A DNA stretch of 64,000 nt from an uncultured Alistipes sp. (GTDB taxonomy: Bacteria > Bacteroidota > Bacteroidia > Bacteroidales > Rikenellaceae), in contig CASDZK010000004.1 of the NCBI GenBank assembly GCA_949286165.1, positions 3,302 through 67,301 on the forward strand, written 5' to 3'. Made by a program: the position numbers and the translations under genes. The first letter of the stretch is position 1. Each line of letters begins with the position of its first letter. The notes under the pieces are model-generated. The model did no database searches, had not been told where the DNA came from, and worked only from the letters and a program-made list of their open reading frames with translations. Shown one piece after another: positions 38,326-48,118 of this stretch.

Positions 38326-39678
38326 TTATTTTATCATTGTATAAGTAATGGATAACTTGATCGGTTCGGATAAACCGTTATCCAAAAAAGCCCCTGTGGG
38401 ATACTCCTCGAAACCGATACTGCTCGCGATCTCCGTTTTGTTTTGTTCCGTTCTTCCTGCAAACAGATATTGAACGTAAGTAGTAATATCCATTTTGTAG
38501 CCTTTAAACGCCCTATTCAAATAACCGTCATAAGGCAGTTCATACGTATCGTCCTCGACATAAGGATTATAATCGGGAATCAGTTGCTGCGTCGCATAAT
38601 TGTAGTACATCCCCAATCGCGGCAAAGACTGATTCATGGAAGCAATGGACGGATCGAGCAACGGAACCAGCAACACGGCATTATTAACGACGATATTGGA
38701 ATACCCCAACGCTTTTACTTTATTTTTAATTTTATCGATTTGCTCCTGAGGAATCTCGATACGCGTCAGCAAACCTCCCATTCCCTGGACATAGGTCTTT
38801 TTCTGACTATTGATCGTATCGTTAATCGTCGAAGCATCCACCCCTTTTATAGGATCCGCTAAAGAGTAATCATGGCTGATCGTCGTAAACGATACGCTCG
38901 GTGCGTACAAAACGTCGTTCGTATAGGACAAAAGCAACATCGAAGTATCGGGAGTCGGTTTATTCTTATTATGATAATAAATCGCCACCTGCGTATTGGT
39001 CATGTCCAACGCGAGAATACTACCTTCGTTGGTGTTGCGGACCACTTCGAAATAACTGCCGGGGAATTTATCATAAAACAGTTCGTCATCGATATAAATA
39101 CGGCCGGTCGTATCCAAGTAACGCTCTCCGTACGACTTGGGTAAATGCGCCCGAATATATTGCTGATTCGATTTACCGGAAAAAGTCACGATCGGTTCAG
39201 GATCGATATAAGTCGATATATCGAAATTCGACGTAAAAGCATCGGTATCCGGCAATGATTGCTTCAGATCGTACATGGATATCGTATGCACATAATTGGT
39301 ATCACCAATGGAACTGTTTACGGTCATTGCCAATACGACGGAATCGATTGTAGGCTCATCGCCCCACATTGAATCGGAACGGAATCCGTTAAACAGATAC
39401 TCGCCGACCAAACCACACTGCGTTCTACCGAATTCCGGAGAAATCATCGATCCGAGATACTGTTCTTCCCACCGGCTGGTAATCAACGAATCGACACTGC
39501 AAGTATAAGCATTGATTTCCGTCAGCGTATCAATTTGTATCTTCATTCGCAACTTATCGGGGATCTGATCGATTCCCAGTTCCTGATCTACCGTCGCACA
39601 CGACGAAAGGAAAACAACCGTTCCGCAAACGGTAAAATACAGAAAGGATAAAACCTTATGCTTTTGTGATAATTTCAT
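38326..39678 (-). CDS. DUF4270-like lipoprotein
   Basis: Signal with lipobox (MKLSQKHKVLSFLYFTVCGTVVFLSSC). Its position directly after the short glycogen synthase is what I recall for Bacteroidales DUF4270. The start is uncertain (39678, 39705 or 39717) and overlaps the glgA-like 3' end. Confidence 0.65.
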   Translation of the reverse strand: MKLSQKHKVLSFLYFTVCGTVVFLSSCATVDQELGIDQIPDKLRMKIQIDTLTEINAYTCSVDSLITSRWEEQYLGSMISPEFGRTQCGLVGEYLFNGFRSDSMWGDEPTIDSVVLAMTVNSSIGDTNYVHTISMYDLKQSLPDTDAFTSNFDISTYIDPEPIVTFSGKSNQQYIRAHLPKSYGERYLDTTGRIYIDDELFYDKFPGSYFEVVRNTNEGSILALDMTNTQVAIYYHNKNKPTPDTSMLLLSYTNDVLYAPSVSFTTISHDYSLADPIKGVDASTINDTINSQKKTYVQGMGGLLTRIEIPQEQIDKIKNKVKALGYSNIVVNNAVLLVPLLDPSIASMNQSLPRLGMYYNYATQQLIPDYNPYVEDDTYELPYDGYLNRAFKGYKMDITTYVQYLFAGRTEQNKTEIASSIGFEEYPTGAFLDNGLSEPIKLSITYTMIK

Positions 39679-40474
39679 CGTACAGTTTTGAACTTTTTTC
39701 GACATAATTACTGTCATCTACCCCCGTTACAACCTTTATTCCGCGGCTACGGGACAAATCCGTCAAATCATCCGATAAAACGATCTCGGAATCCAACATG
39801 ACTCCATCGACAAATTGAAAGATATAACGGATGAAACGGTCGTAATCCGGAGTATCCAAACCTTCCATAAGCACCGCATCAAACCCTTCCTGTATCAATT
39901 TGTCCTTAAACGTAGCGGACAACGGTTGCGAGAAAGGATCGTCGTACAAAGACAAAATAACCCGAGAAGAAGAAAACAACGGATCGTTCCTATACAATGA
40001 TTTAATGTAAACGGCCATCAATGCTGAAAACCATCCGTGACAATGAACGATATCCGGCGACCAACGCAATTTGTCCACCGTTTCGATAATTCCTCTCGCA
40101 AAAAACAGGGAGCGTTCGTCATTATCTGCGAAATACATTCCCTGTTCATCCTTTAATACATATTTTCGAGTAAAGAAATCTTCATTATCAATGAAATATA
40201 CTTGAAGTCGGGCATTAGGGATAGAAGCTACCTTGATAATCAACTGATGATCTGTATCGTCAATCACGATATTCATCCCTGACAATCGAATCACTTCATG
40301 CAATTGATTACGCCGTTCATTGACACAACCATACTTGGGCATAAACGTCCTGATTTCACGCCCATGCTCCTGCATAATTTGAGGTAAATTCCTACATATC
40401 CGCGATATCTTGCTTTCAGGCAGATACGGCATCATTTCCTGACAGACATACAGAATTTTCGTCTTGTTTACCAT
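39656..40474 (-). CDS. short glycogen/starch synthase-like protein (N-terminal GT5 domain only)
   Basis: KILYVCQEMMPYLPESKISRICRNLPQ...IVHCHGWFSAL; 272 aa. It lacks a C-terminal GT-B half. Confidence 0.8.
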   Translation of the reverse strand: MVNKTKILYVCQEMMPYLPESKISRICRNLPQIMQEHGREIRTFMPKYGCVNERRNQLHEVIRLSGMNIVIDDTDHQLIIKVASIPNARLQVYFIDNEDFFTRKYVLKDEQGMYFADNDERSLFFARGIIETVDKLRWSPDIVHCHGWFSALMAVYIKSLYRNDPLFSSSRVILSLYDDPFSQPLSATFKDKLIQEGFDAVLMEGLDTPDYDRFIRYIFQFVDGVMLDSEIVLSDDLTDLSRSRGIKVVTGVDDSNYVEKSSKLYDEIITKA

Positions 40475-40555
40475 GTATCTTACTTGCTTTTAATATTATA
40501 ACCCCGTCTTCTTCCCCCCGATATTTCCTTCCGCTCATTCAGACAGAGTTACTTG

Positions 40556-40563
40556 CAAAGATA
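40556..40563 (-). promoter_or_regulatory. candidate -7 promoter box (TAtcTTTG on minus strand) for glgA-like/DUF4270/topA
   Basis: The plus strand reads CAAAGATA. It lies about 82 nt upstream of the minus-strand ATG at 40474. Confidence 0.45.
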
Positions 40564-40699
40564 ACGAATTTTATTATTTTTTGAAAAAACTTTTCAACAA
40601 GATTTATTCTCGCATGTCCCAAATATTTAATCCTGTCATTTCTTACTTCGGCTTCCGACCGACCTTAACCGCTCACAATTTTTTTCCAAATAATTTGGA

Positions 40700-43600
40700 C
40701 TATACATTATGCATATTTCGGATTTTCTCATTTTTTCCAACAGGCATGATAAGAGGTAAACAAAGCAACAGCGCGATTAATGAAAACAACATCCCGCCCA
40801 TCGCTCCCGCAGCGAAAGAAAACCAAAAACGTTCGTTAATCCCGTCCCAAAGGAAAGGAATCAATCCCAATACCGTAGACAGAACCGTCAATAAAATAGG
40901 TATAATCTTATGATTATAAGCCCTGAGATAATTTTTCAATCTATTCGAATGGTTTTTCTTTTGAAGAATATTGTATTCATTGACAATATAAATCCCCGCA
41001 TTTACAACGATACCGCTCAACAATACCATCGCTGCGAACACTCCGTCGTCCAATGGCAAATTCAACACCGGAAATACAAGAAACAGCCCGATGAACGAAA
41101 CCGGAATCATCATGATAATAGCAAACGGCTGAATCAACGACTCGAACAAAATAGCACAAATAAAATAAATGATAACGGCAATCAACAACAATAGCCCAAA
41201 ATAACCTTTACTCTGTTCATACCATCCTCCCTGGGACCATCTGTTTTCAGCTTTATATCCCAACGGCATAATTCCATTCATCATTTCAACATTACGCTTA
41301 ATCAACCGCGATTGCAAATCGCTTCCTCCCAGAAAATTGAACCCGACCATCAAAATAAACTCCTGATTGGTTTTATAAATATCGTTTCCTGTACGTCTTT
41401 TCTGAATTTTACCCAGATCGGCCAATTTAACGACCTGAGAATCCCGAATATTGACCATATCGTTTTCCAAATGCCAAACATCGAACGACCGGCTCTCATC
41501 GGATATGATAAACACCTCTTCCTTGTTTCCTTCCCGCGTAATAATCGGCGTTCCGTCTTTCTGGTACAATTTCGTTTGCAAAAAAGAGTAATACTCGTAA
41601 GGAGAAAGGTCGTGATAGGCAAACGACTCAAAATCGAAATCCAGAAAAAATTCCGTTTTATTTCTTTGCCAAACTCCGGTCCCTCCCGTAATCATCGGAC
41701 TGTTGACCCGCCGGTTTTTACTCAACGAATCCGCCAACTGTTGCGCATACCGATATAATTGCTCATAACTGTACCCTTTCATGACAATCCCTGACGATAT
41801 ATATCCTCCCGATCCGACAGAATTGTTAAAAGTGTTCATATCTATTCCCGATATGTTCCAATCGGCTCCTCCGATATTGATCGCCTTGGCGATTATTTGT
41901 TCTTTTACCAATAACGGCAAAACTCCGTATTCAAAATCTTTCTTAAAATAAACGGTAATTTGCCCCCTATTGTAATTCGTTACGGAAGTCTGATAAATAT
42001 CGATCTCATCGAATCCGCTCAAATAATTTTCCATGATTTTAACAAGATCGTTCAATTGGTGTACCGTACACCCCTCCGGCATAGCGACCGAAATATTTAT
42101 CGTCGGTCGTCCCACGTCATTCGATACCCGGAAACGGGTAGCATTATGCTCGTTAAATAACCGAAAAGCACCGCCCAATGCATATTCCACGTATTTTTTC
42201 AATTTCTCCTGATAAAAAGCGCTTCCGATCGTCTTATTGTATAATTCCGGAAAGAAACCTTTTTTTTCATCCCGGGCATAGTAATTCTCTCCCGGCTCCG
42301 TAATCTTTGGCGGCAGTAAATGGATAGGAAGTCCGAAAATCAACAGGAAAAGAACGATATACAACCACTTATGCCTTTTAGAAAAAAGAATATGCCGTTC
42401 ATATAATCGAGTCATGCGTACCAAACGGCGGCGGCGAGAAATTTGCCGTACACTCTTTACGGGGTTCAACGGCAATTTATCCAACAAAGCCGGAACGAAA
42501 AACAACGCCACGCACAACGACACCGATAAGTTAATAATAATAACCGCCGAAAATTCCACCAGATTCTTTTGTTGTGATTCGGGCAAGAAAAACACGATGC
42601 ACAACGAACCGATCGTAGTCAATAAAGCAGCCAGAATCGCCAGAAATGCTTTTCTGTTGTGATAATAACTGTAATGGTCGATCATGATGATCGTCGTATC
42701 GATAATCAATCCCAGCGATACCGTAAATCCGGCTAAAGAGTACAAATGCAAATCCAGATTGAACAATCGATAGAAAATAAAAGCCAACAAAATATTGGCT
42801 GCCATCGTAATCACAATCAAAGCCAGATAACGCATTTTACGGCTAACCAAATAGACAAAAGCCAACAAAATAGCCACGGACATAAAAGTGCGCCGGTATA
42901 TTTTACGCAAATCCTGCTGCAAATATTCAGAATTATCACTGGTTAAAATAAACGCATATTCCGGCGGAACCCGCTGTTCCAATTCATCCATTTTAGCTCG
43001 GACTCTTTTCGCTACATCGATTTCGTTTACATCTTCTTCCGAAAATACAGTCATTGTCAGATTGTTTCGACCGTTAATTCGGTAATAATAAACGGGATCT
43101 TTTTCCTTGTATGTCACATCTGCGATATCGCCCAAATAAATAATCCGGTCATTGACCTTCTTTACCGGCAAAGCCTCTATTCCTCCATATCCCAATATTT
43201 CGTCTTTATTCCCGCTTTGCAGATGTACGGCGATCTGCAAAGTATCGCCATTCACAAACTCGCGGCTGATTCCCAACGGGGTATTTTTATAACGAGCAGA
43301 CAAAGCGTCGGATATGTCTCTGGGGCTAATATTCAAAGCCCTGCATTGAGCCGCATTAAACTCGATAATCCATTGATAAGGTTGTTCCCCCGACACGATA
43401 ACGTCATTGACTCCCTCGATTTTGATCAACTCATCGACAACATATTCGTCCATGAATTTTTTGATCTGAGACGATGGCAATGAAGAATTAATCGTATAAG
43501 TAAGAAGCATTTTAGCCCCGGAAGATTCAGAATGGGAAACACCACCTGACAAATAAGGATATCCCACTCCTTCGGGCAATTTAGGATAAATATATTTAAT

Positions 43601-43945
43601 TAGGGTAGATATTTCGAATCGTATCGCCTCGATATTCTCATTTTTCTTAAAATCCAATATTATAACTCCTCGGTCCCTATATGACTCCGATTCCATGTTC
43701 TGGATTCCCCGAATTGTTCCCAGTACACCTTCCAACTTCGAAGTTACTTCGGCTTCGACAACTCGAGCGGAAGCTCCCGGCCAAGAAAAAGAAATACTGA
43801 TTTGCTGATGCTTAGACGATGGATACAGCTGCACATTCAGCAACGGAATCATAGCGGCACCGATAACCATCAATACTACCATGATTAAGATTACTGAAAA
43901 CGACGATAGCCGGATTTTATGCTGTTTCTGTTGTTCCATCATCAT
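40700..43945 (-). CDS. RND efflux permease subunit (second of tandem pair)
   Basis: 1081 aa, 12-TM AcrB-type topology with two large periplasmic loops. The start (ATGATGATG) overlaps the upstream RND stop (ATGA). Confidence 0.9.
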   Translation of the reverse strand: MMMEQQKQHKIRLSSFSVILIMVVLMVIGAAMIPLLNVQLYPSSKHQQISISFSWPGASARVVEAEVTSKLEGVLGTIRGIQNMESESYRDRGVIILDFKKNENIEAIRFEISTLIKYIYPKLPEGVGYPYLSGGVSHSESSGAKMLLTYTINSSLPSSQIKKFMDEYVVDELIKIEGVNDVIVSGEQPYQWIIEFNAAQCRALNISPRDISDALSARYKNTPLGISREFVNGDTLQIAVHLQSGNKDEILGYGGIEALPVKKVNDRIIYLGDIADVTYKEKDPVYYYRINGRNNLTMTVFSEEDVNEIDVAKRVRAKMDELEQRVPPEYAFILTSDNSEYLQQDLRKIYRRTFMSVAILLAFVYLVSRKMRYLALIVITMAANILLAFIFYRLFNLDLHLYSLAGFTVSLGLIIDTTIIMIDHYSYYHNRKAFLAILAALLTTIGSLCIVFFLPESQQKNLVEFSAVIIINLSVSLCVALFFVPALLDKLPLNPVKSVRQISRRRRLVRMTRLYERHILFSKRHKWLYIVLFLLIFGLPIHLLPPKITEPGENYYARDEKKGFFPELYNKTIGSAFYQEKLKKYVEYALGGAFRLFNEHNATRFRVSNDVGRPTINISVAMPEGCTVHQLNDLVKIMENYLSGFDEIDIYQTSVTNYNRGQITVYFKKDFEYGVLPLLVKEQIIAKAINIGGADWNISGIDMNTFNNSVGSGGYISSGIVMKGYSYEQLYRYAQQLADSLSKNRRVNSPMITGGTGVWQRNKTEFFLDFDFESFAYHDLSPYEYYSFLQTKLYQKDGTPIITREGNKEEVFIISDESRSFDVWHLENDMVNIRDSQVVKLADLGKIQKRRTGNDIYKTNQEFILMVGFNFLGGSDLQSRLIKRNVEMMNGIMPLGYKAENRWSQGGWYEQSKGYFGLLLLIAVIIYFICAILFESLIQPFAIIMMIPVSFIGLFLVFPVLNLPLDDGVFAAMVLLSGIVVNAGIYIVNEYNILQKKNHSNRLKNYLRAYNHKIIPILLTVLSTVLGLIPFLWDGINERFWFSFAAGAMGGMLFSLIALLLCLPLIMPVGKNEKIRNMHNV

Positions 43946-46900
43946 CTGTTTTTACGCGGTTTATAAATATAGTAATAAATCAACGGGATAAAGAACACGC
44001 TGACAATCGTCCCCACCGTCATCCCTCCGATGATGGCCAGAGAAAGCGGAAATTGCAAATCCGCACCCATGGAACCCGTTACCAAAAAAGGCGCAATGGC
44101 TAAAATGGTCGTCAAGGAGGTCATGATAATCGGTTTCAACCGGCGATTTCCCGCCATCATGATCGCCCGCTTCAACTCATACCCGCTACGTCGCAACCGA
44201 TTGATCGTATCGATTTTCAAAATGGAGTCGTTGATAACGATTCCGCACATGACCACGATTCCGATCAAGGACATGATATTCAGACTGGAACCGCAAAGCC
44301 ACAACAAAATCAAAGCCCCGAATAAATCGACAGCGATTTCCGACAAAATAACCATCGGTTGAATCAACGATTCGAATTGAGAAGCCAGAATAAAATACAA
44401 CAACAACACCGACACCAAAAAAATAATCATCAATTCGACAATCATCTCCCGATTAGAAAAATAACTTCCGCTAAACCTTACATCGAACAGATTATTTTCC
44501 CGAACCAATGACCCTATTTTTTTCATAACCGACTTTACCTGCTCGTCAGGAACATCGATCCGCAAGGGATAATAAACCCCTTCCTGTCCTGAAATGATAT
44601 TTTTCAAGTCTTTTTCCCGACTCTCCCTCAACAACAACGACACGGGAATAGAAGTTCCCGCAGCATTCTCAATAACCGTACGGTCCAGAATATCCCTCAA
44701 ACTTTTCATTTCATTTCCATCCCCTATCATGATGGGCACGGAATATTCGCCTTCCCGCAACGACAAAACCTGATGCTCATTGAATGCTACTTGCAAGCTG
44801 TACGACAACTTATCATAACTGACATCATACAATGTCATTAACTGAGGAATGGCCCGTAATACAATTACCTCCTGCCATTCCACCGGTTCGATATAATAAC
44901 CGGGCAAAACTTCCTGAATGGACGTGAGCAAAAGATTCAGCTTGTCAGGATCCAAATCCCCCCCTAATGACGGACTGATACGGGCTACAAAATTGGTTTC
45001 CGAATCGGCAAAAACCAAATCGAATATATTCCCCGAATTTTGAGTAGTCATAACCGCTTCAGGATAATGTTTCAAGACAAATTCCCGGATAAACGCCTCG
45101 ATTCGACCGATATCTTCCGGAACATGAGATTTGATATACACGACAGATTCGGAAACCGTATTTTCCTTAGTATGCGACAACATAAACTGATGTTGTCCAA
45201 TCATTGCGGTATATTCTTTAATACAAGTATCGATCCCCGACAACATTTGCACAACCCGCCGATCATTCTCCCCGAGATTGATATGTTCATTCCATGCGAT
45301 ATTGACCAAAATGTCGTCCTTGGTCATTTCAGGCAGTTTGCTTTTTTTAATTACGGCGAACAACCACACGGTCCCTACCAGCATGGCTATAATCAATCCC
45401 CACACGATTCCCTGATGGCGCAAAGTCCATTTCAATCCCGATTCGTAAATTTTTTCATAATCGATCACATCAATCTTTTTCAGGAAACGATTCTCCTTTC
45501 TCCTCGTTTCTTTGCGATAAAGCAAATAATAATAAACAGGTATAGCCAATACGGCCACACCCAACGAAGCGAACAAACCGATAGCGACTGCCATAGCTTG
45601 ATCGAAAAACAGTTCGCCGGCGATATTGCTCATAAAAATCAACGGAAGGAAAACGGCACAAGTCGTCAATACTGAACTTAACATCGGAGCGAAAACTTCG
45701 TTTGTTCCCCGGACGATAGCCTCCTGCAACGATTCTCCCCGATCCCACCGCTGGGCGATATTATCTATCACAATAATGGAATTATCTACCATCATCCCTA
45801 CGCCGAGGACTAGTCCGGAAAGGGAAATGATATTGATAGTTATGCCGCAAATGTACATTAAGAGGATCGCTACGACCAACGAAATCGGAATAGCTCCGGT
45901 AATCAATAAAGGAGAACGCAAATCCTGCATAAACAGGAAAATCACGAGACAGGCCAGAATGATACCGCTAATCAAATTGCTTTGAAGATTGTCAATCGAA
46001 TAATCCAACAAAGCCGTTTGGTCACGGGTAACAGCAAAATCTATTTGCGGATTTTCCGTCCGAAGCATCGCAATCACTGCGTCAATTTGAGTCTTCAACT
46101 TTTCCATACGAGCTTCAGACTGCTTAATGATCGCCAAAGTAATCGTCTCCCTGCCATCCGAACGAATCAACCCCGTTCGTTTCTGATTCCGTAAAACGAT
46201 AGTTGCCAAATCTTTTATTTGAAACATTTTGCCGTTTACGGACAAATATACATTTTCAACATCGCTTTTATCCGTCAATGTAGAATTGAACCGAACATGA
46301 TATTGATATTGCCCGTCGCTTATAATCAGATTCTCCAGATCTATTTTTTTGCTTTTAATGGCCTGTTCCAATTGTTCCAAGCCAATGCCAGCCGTTTCCA
46401 GTTTCGCCATATCGGGAATAATAACCAATTCCGGAAATACCATACCGCTAACATCTACCATAGCGACTTCCGGCAATTGTTCGAACCGCTTAACGATTAC
46501 CGAAGAGACGTATCGACTGAGTTCCGAGAACGTATAATTCTCCTGCCGTGCAAAAACGGTATCTTTCAAACTGATATTCAAATAAAAAGCGGGAATATCC
46601 GTTGCACTGGCTTTCATGACTTTCGGACGATCGATATCTGTCATGGACGCCATAGCCCGGTCGATCTTTTCATTCACTTCGATAAAGAGAAAATCTATGT
46701 TACTGCCGTAATCGAACTGCATGAAAATAGTACCGCTCCCGTCCCTCGCTTCGGTACGTATATCATTGAGATGAGGAACCTGCATCAACTGTTGGCGCAA
46801 TAAACTGATAATAGACCCATTTATCTGTCGTGCCGACAATCCCTTCTCCGATACCTGCACCGTTATCTGGGGAATATCCACATCCGGCATTAAGGACACC

Positions 46901-46992
46901 GGAATAAGTTTCATCGCCAGAATACCCAAAGTCATAATCGCAACCAAAGTCATGGTTACGGCAATGGGTCTATTGATTAAAAACCGAACCAT
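43942..46992 (-). CDS. RND efflux permease subunit (first of tandem pair)
   Basis: 1016 aa. MVRFLINRPIAVTMTLVAIMTLGILA is an AcrB-type N-terminus, and the typical TM/porter pattern follows. Confidence 0.9.
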   Translation of the reverse strand: MVRFLINRPIAVTMTLVAIMTLGILAMKLIPVSLMPDVDIPQITVQVSEKGLSARQINGSIISLLRQQLMQVPHLNDIRTEARDGSGTIFMQFDYGSNIDFLFIEVNEKIDRAMASMTDIDRPKVMKASATDIPAFYLNISLKDTVFARQENYTFSELSRYVSSVIVKRFEQLPEVAMVDVSGMVFPELVIIPDMAKLETAGIGLEQLEQAIKSKKIDLENLIISDGQYQYHVRFNSTLTDKSDVENVYLSVNGKMFQIKDLATIVLRNQKRTGLIRSDGRETITLAIIKQSEARMEKLKTQIDAVIAMLRTENPQIDFAVTRDQTALLDYSIDNLQSNLISGIILACLVIFLFMQDLRSPLLITGAIPISLVVAILLMYICGITINIISLSGLVLGVGMMVDNSIIVIDNIAQRWDRGESLQEAIVRGTNEVFAPMLSSVLTTCAVFLPLIFMSNIAGELFFDQAMAVAIGLFASLGVAVLAIPVYYYLLYRKETRRKENRFLKKIDVIDYEKIYESGLKWTLRHQGIVWGLIIAMLVGTVWLFAVIKKSKLPEMTKDDILVNIAWNEHINLGENDRRVVQMLSGIDTCIKEYTAMIGQHQFMLSHTKENTVSESVVYIKSHVPEDIGRIEAFIREFVLKHYPEAVMTTQNSGNIFDLVFADSETNFVARISPSLGGDLDPDKLNLLLTSIQEVLPGYYIEPVEWQEVIVLRAIPQLMTLYDVSYDKLSYSLQVAFNEHQVLSLREGEYSVPIMIGDGNEMKSLRDILDRTVIENAAGTSIPVSLLLRESREKDLKNIISGQEGVYYPLRIDVPDEQVKSVMKKIGSLVRENNLFDVRFSGSYFSNREMIVELMIIFLVSVLLLYFILASQFESLIQPMVILSEIAVDLFGALILLWLCGSSLNIMSLIGIVVMCGIVINDSILKIDTINRLRRSGYELKRAIMMAGNRRLKPIIMTSLTTILAIAPFLVTGSMGADLQFPLSLAIIGGMTVGTIVSVFFIPLIYYYIYKPRKNR

Positions 46993-47001
46993 AACAACTT
47001 A

Positions 47002-48111
47002 TTATTTCGCAATTTCAACTTTGGATTCATTGGCCAGGGTCAAGTTGCCTTTTACGATAATGGCATCCCCTTCATTCAATTCCGCCCCCCTATCGGCATT
47101 GGCTCTTACCACATACGAATCGCTATTGGCCATAACTACGTTCACGTACGTCCACATCGCACGTCCGCCTTCGCCATAACGGAACAGCACTTCCAGATTA
47201 TCCCGTATCAATACGGCCGTTTTCGGTACGACCAACATATTCGGCACTTGATTTTCTACATATACTTTGACGTTCATACCATCGATCAAACCGCCGGGAT
47301 TAGTCAGCAAGGCTTTTACTTGTATCTGTCCTTTCATGGCATCGATCGTGGGATTGATTTCAGAAATAACTCCCTCATACCGAAGATCGGGTTCTATAAA
47401 AGTCGCTACCTTTACTTCTTGTCCTTCTCTTACCTGACCGATTTCACTTTCCAACACGGGAAAAGTCACTTCAAAACGTCGATCGTCTATAACCGTACAA
47501 AAATCGGTGCCTTTCGGATACTCGAACAATTTGGTTTCCAGATTGGCGACTTTCCCATCGATCGGTGCTATCAAATCGCAAGCCGCCAATCTTCTTTCCG
47601 CCTCTTTCAATGACAATTCCGCTGTGTTGTAACCGGAACGCATACGGGCAATCCGCATAGTTGCTTCAGGCACCTCCGAATAGTCCTCTTTCGATACGGA
47701 ACTATATCCCTGCCCTAAAATAAAATCATACAGATCCAATTCAGCCCGCTCCATATTGTTTTTAGCCGTTGCCAGATTACTTTCCGCATCGGCCTTATCG
47801 ATACTCGCAATAACCTGCCCCTTCTTCACAGACGCCCCATTTTTCACATGAAGTTCACTTATTATGCCCGTCTGAGAAAAACGCAATGAAGCCTTTTTAT
47901 ACGCTTTCAATTTCCCGTTGCTGACCAACTGGGAATTAAACGTTTTTCTTCGCAAAACAATTGTATCTACAAGATTTCGTTCCTCTTCCCATTCTTTTTT
48001 CGCAATATTCATATCTTCAGGCTCTTTCTCTGTATTATGAGAACAAGCACAAATGAAAAACAGGGCGACAAAACCGGGAACAACAATTTTCATTTTCATA
48101 ATCGACGGCAT
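47002..48111 (-). CDS. RND efflux periplasmic adaptor (MFP/HlyD family) lipoprotein
   Basis: Lipobox FFICAC. Lipoyl/barrel-sandwich motifs (GQVIASID, APIDGKVANL) flank a coiled-coil hairpin. Confidence 0.9.
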   Translation of the reverse strand: MPSIMKMKIVVPGFVALFFICACSHNTEKEPEDMNIAKKEWEEERNLVDTIVLRRKTFNSQLVSNGKLKAYKKASLRFSQTGIISELHVKNGASVKKGQVIASIDKADAESNLATAKNNMERAELDLYDFILGQGYSSVSKEDYSEVPEATMRIARMRSGYNTAELSLKEAERRLAACDLIAPIDGKVANLETKLFEYPKGTDFCTVIDDRRFEVTFPVLESEIGQVREGQEVKVATFIEPDLRYEGVISEINPTIDAMKGQIQVKALLTNPGGLIDGMNVKVYVENQVPNMLVVPKTAVLIRDNLEVLFRYGEGGRAMWTYVNVVMANSDSYVVRANADRGAELNEGDAIIVKGNLTLANESKVEIAK

Positions 48112-48118
48112 TTAAAGA

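Noticed and set aside
40581-40913. 110-aa plus-strand ORF crossing the 3' end of the second RND gene
   Set aside because: It overlaps the RND C-terminus on the antisense strand. It has no promoter box or motif.
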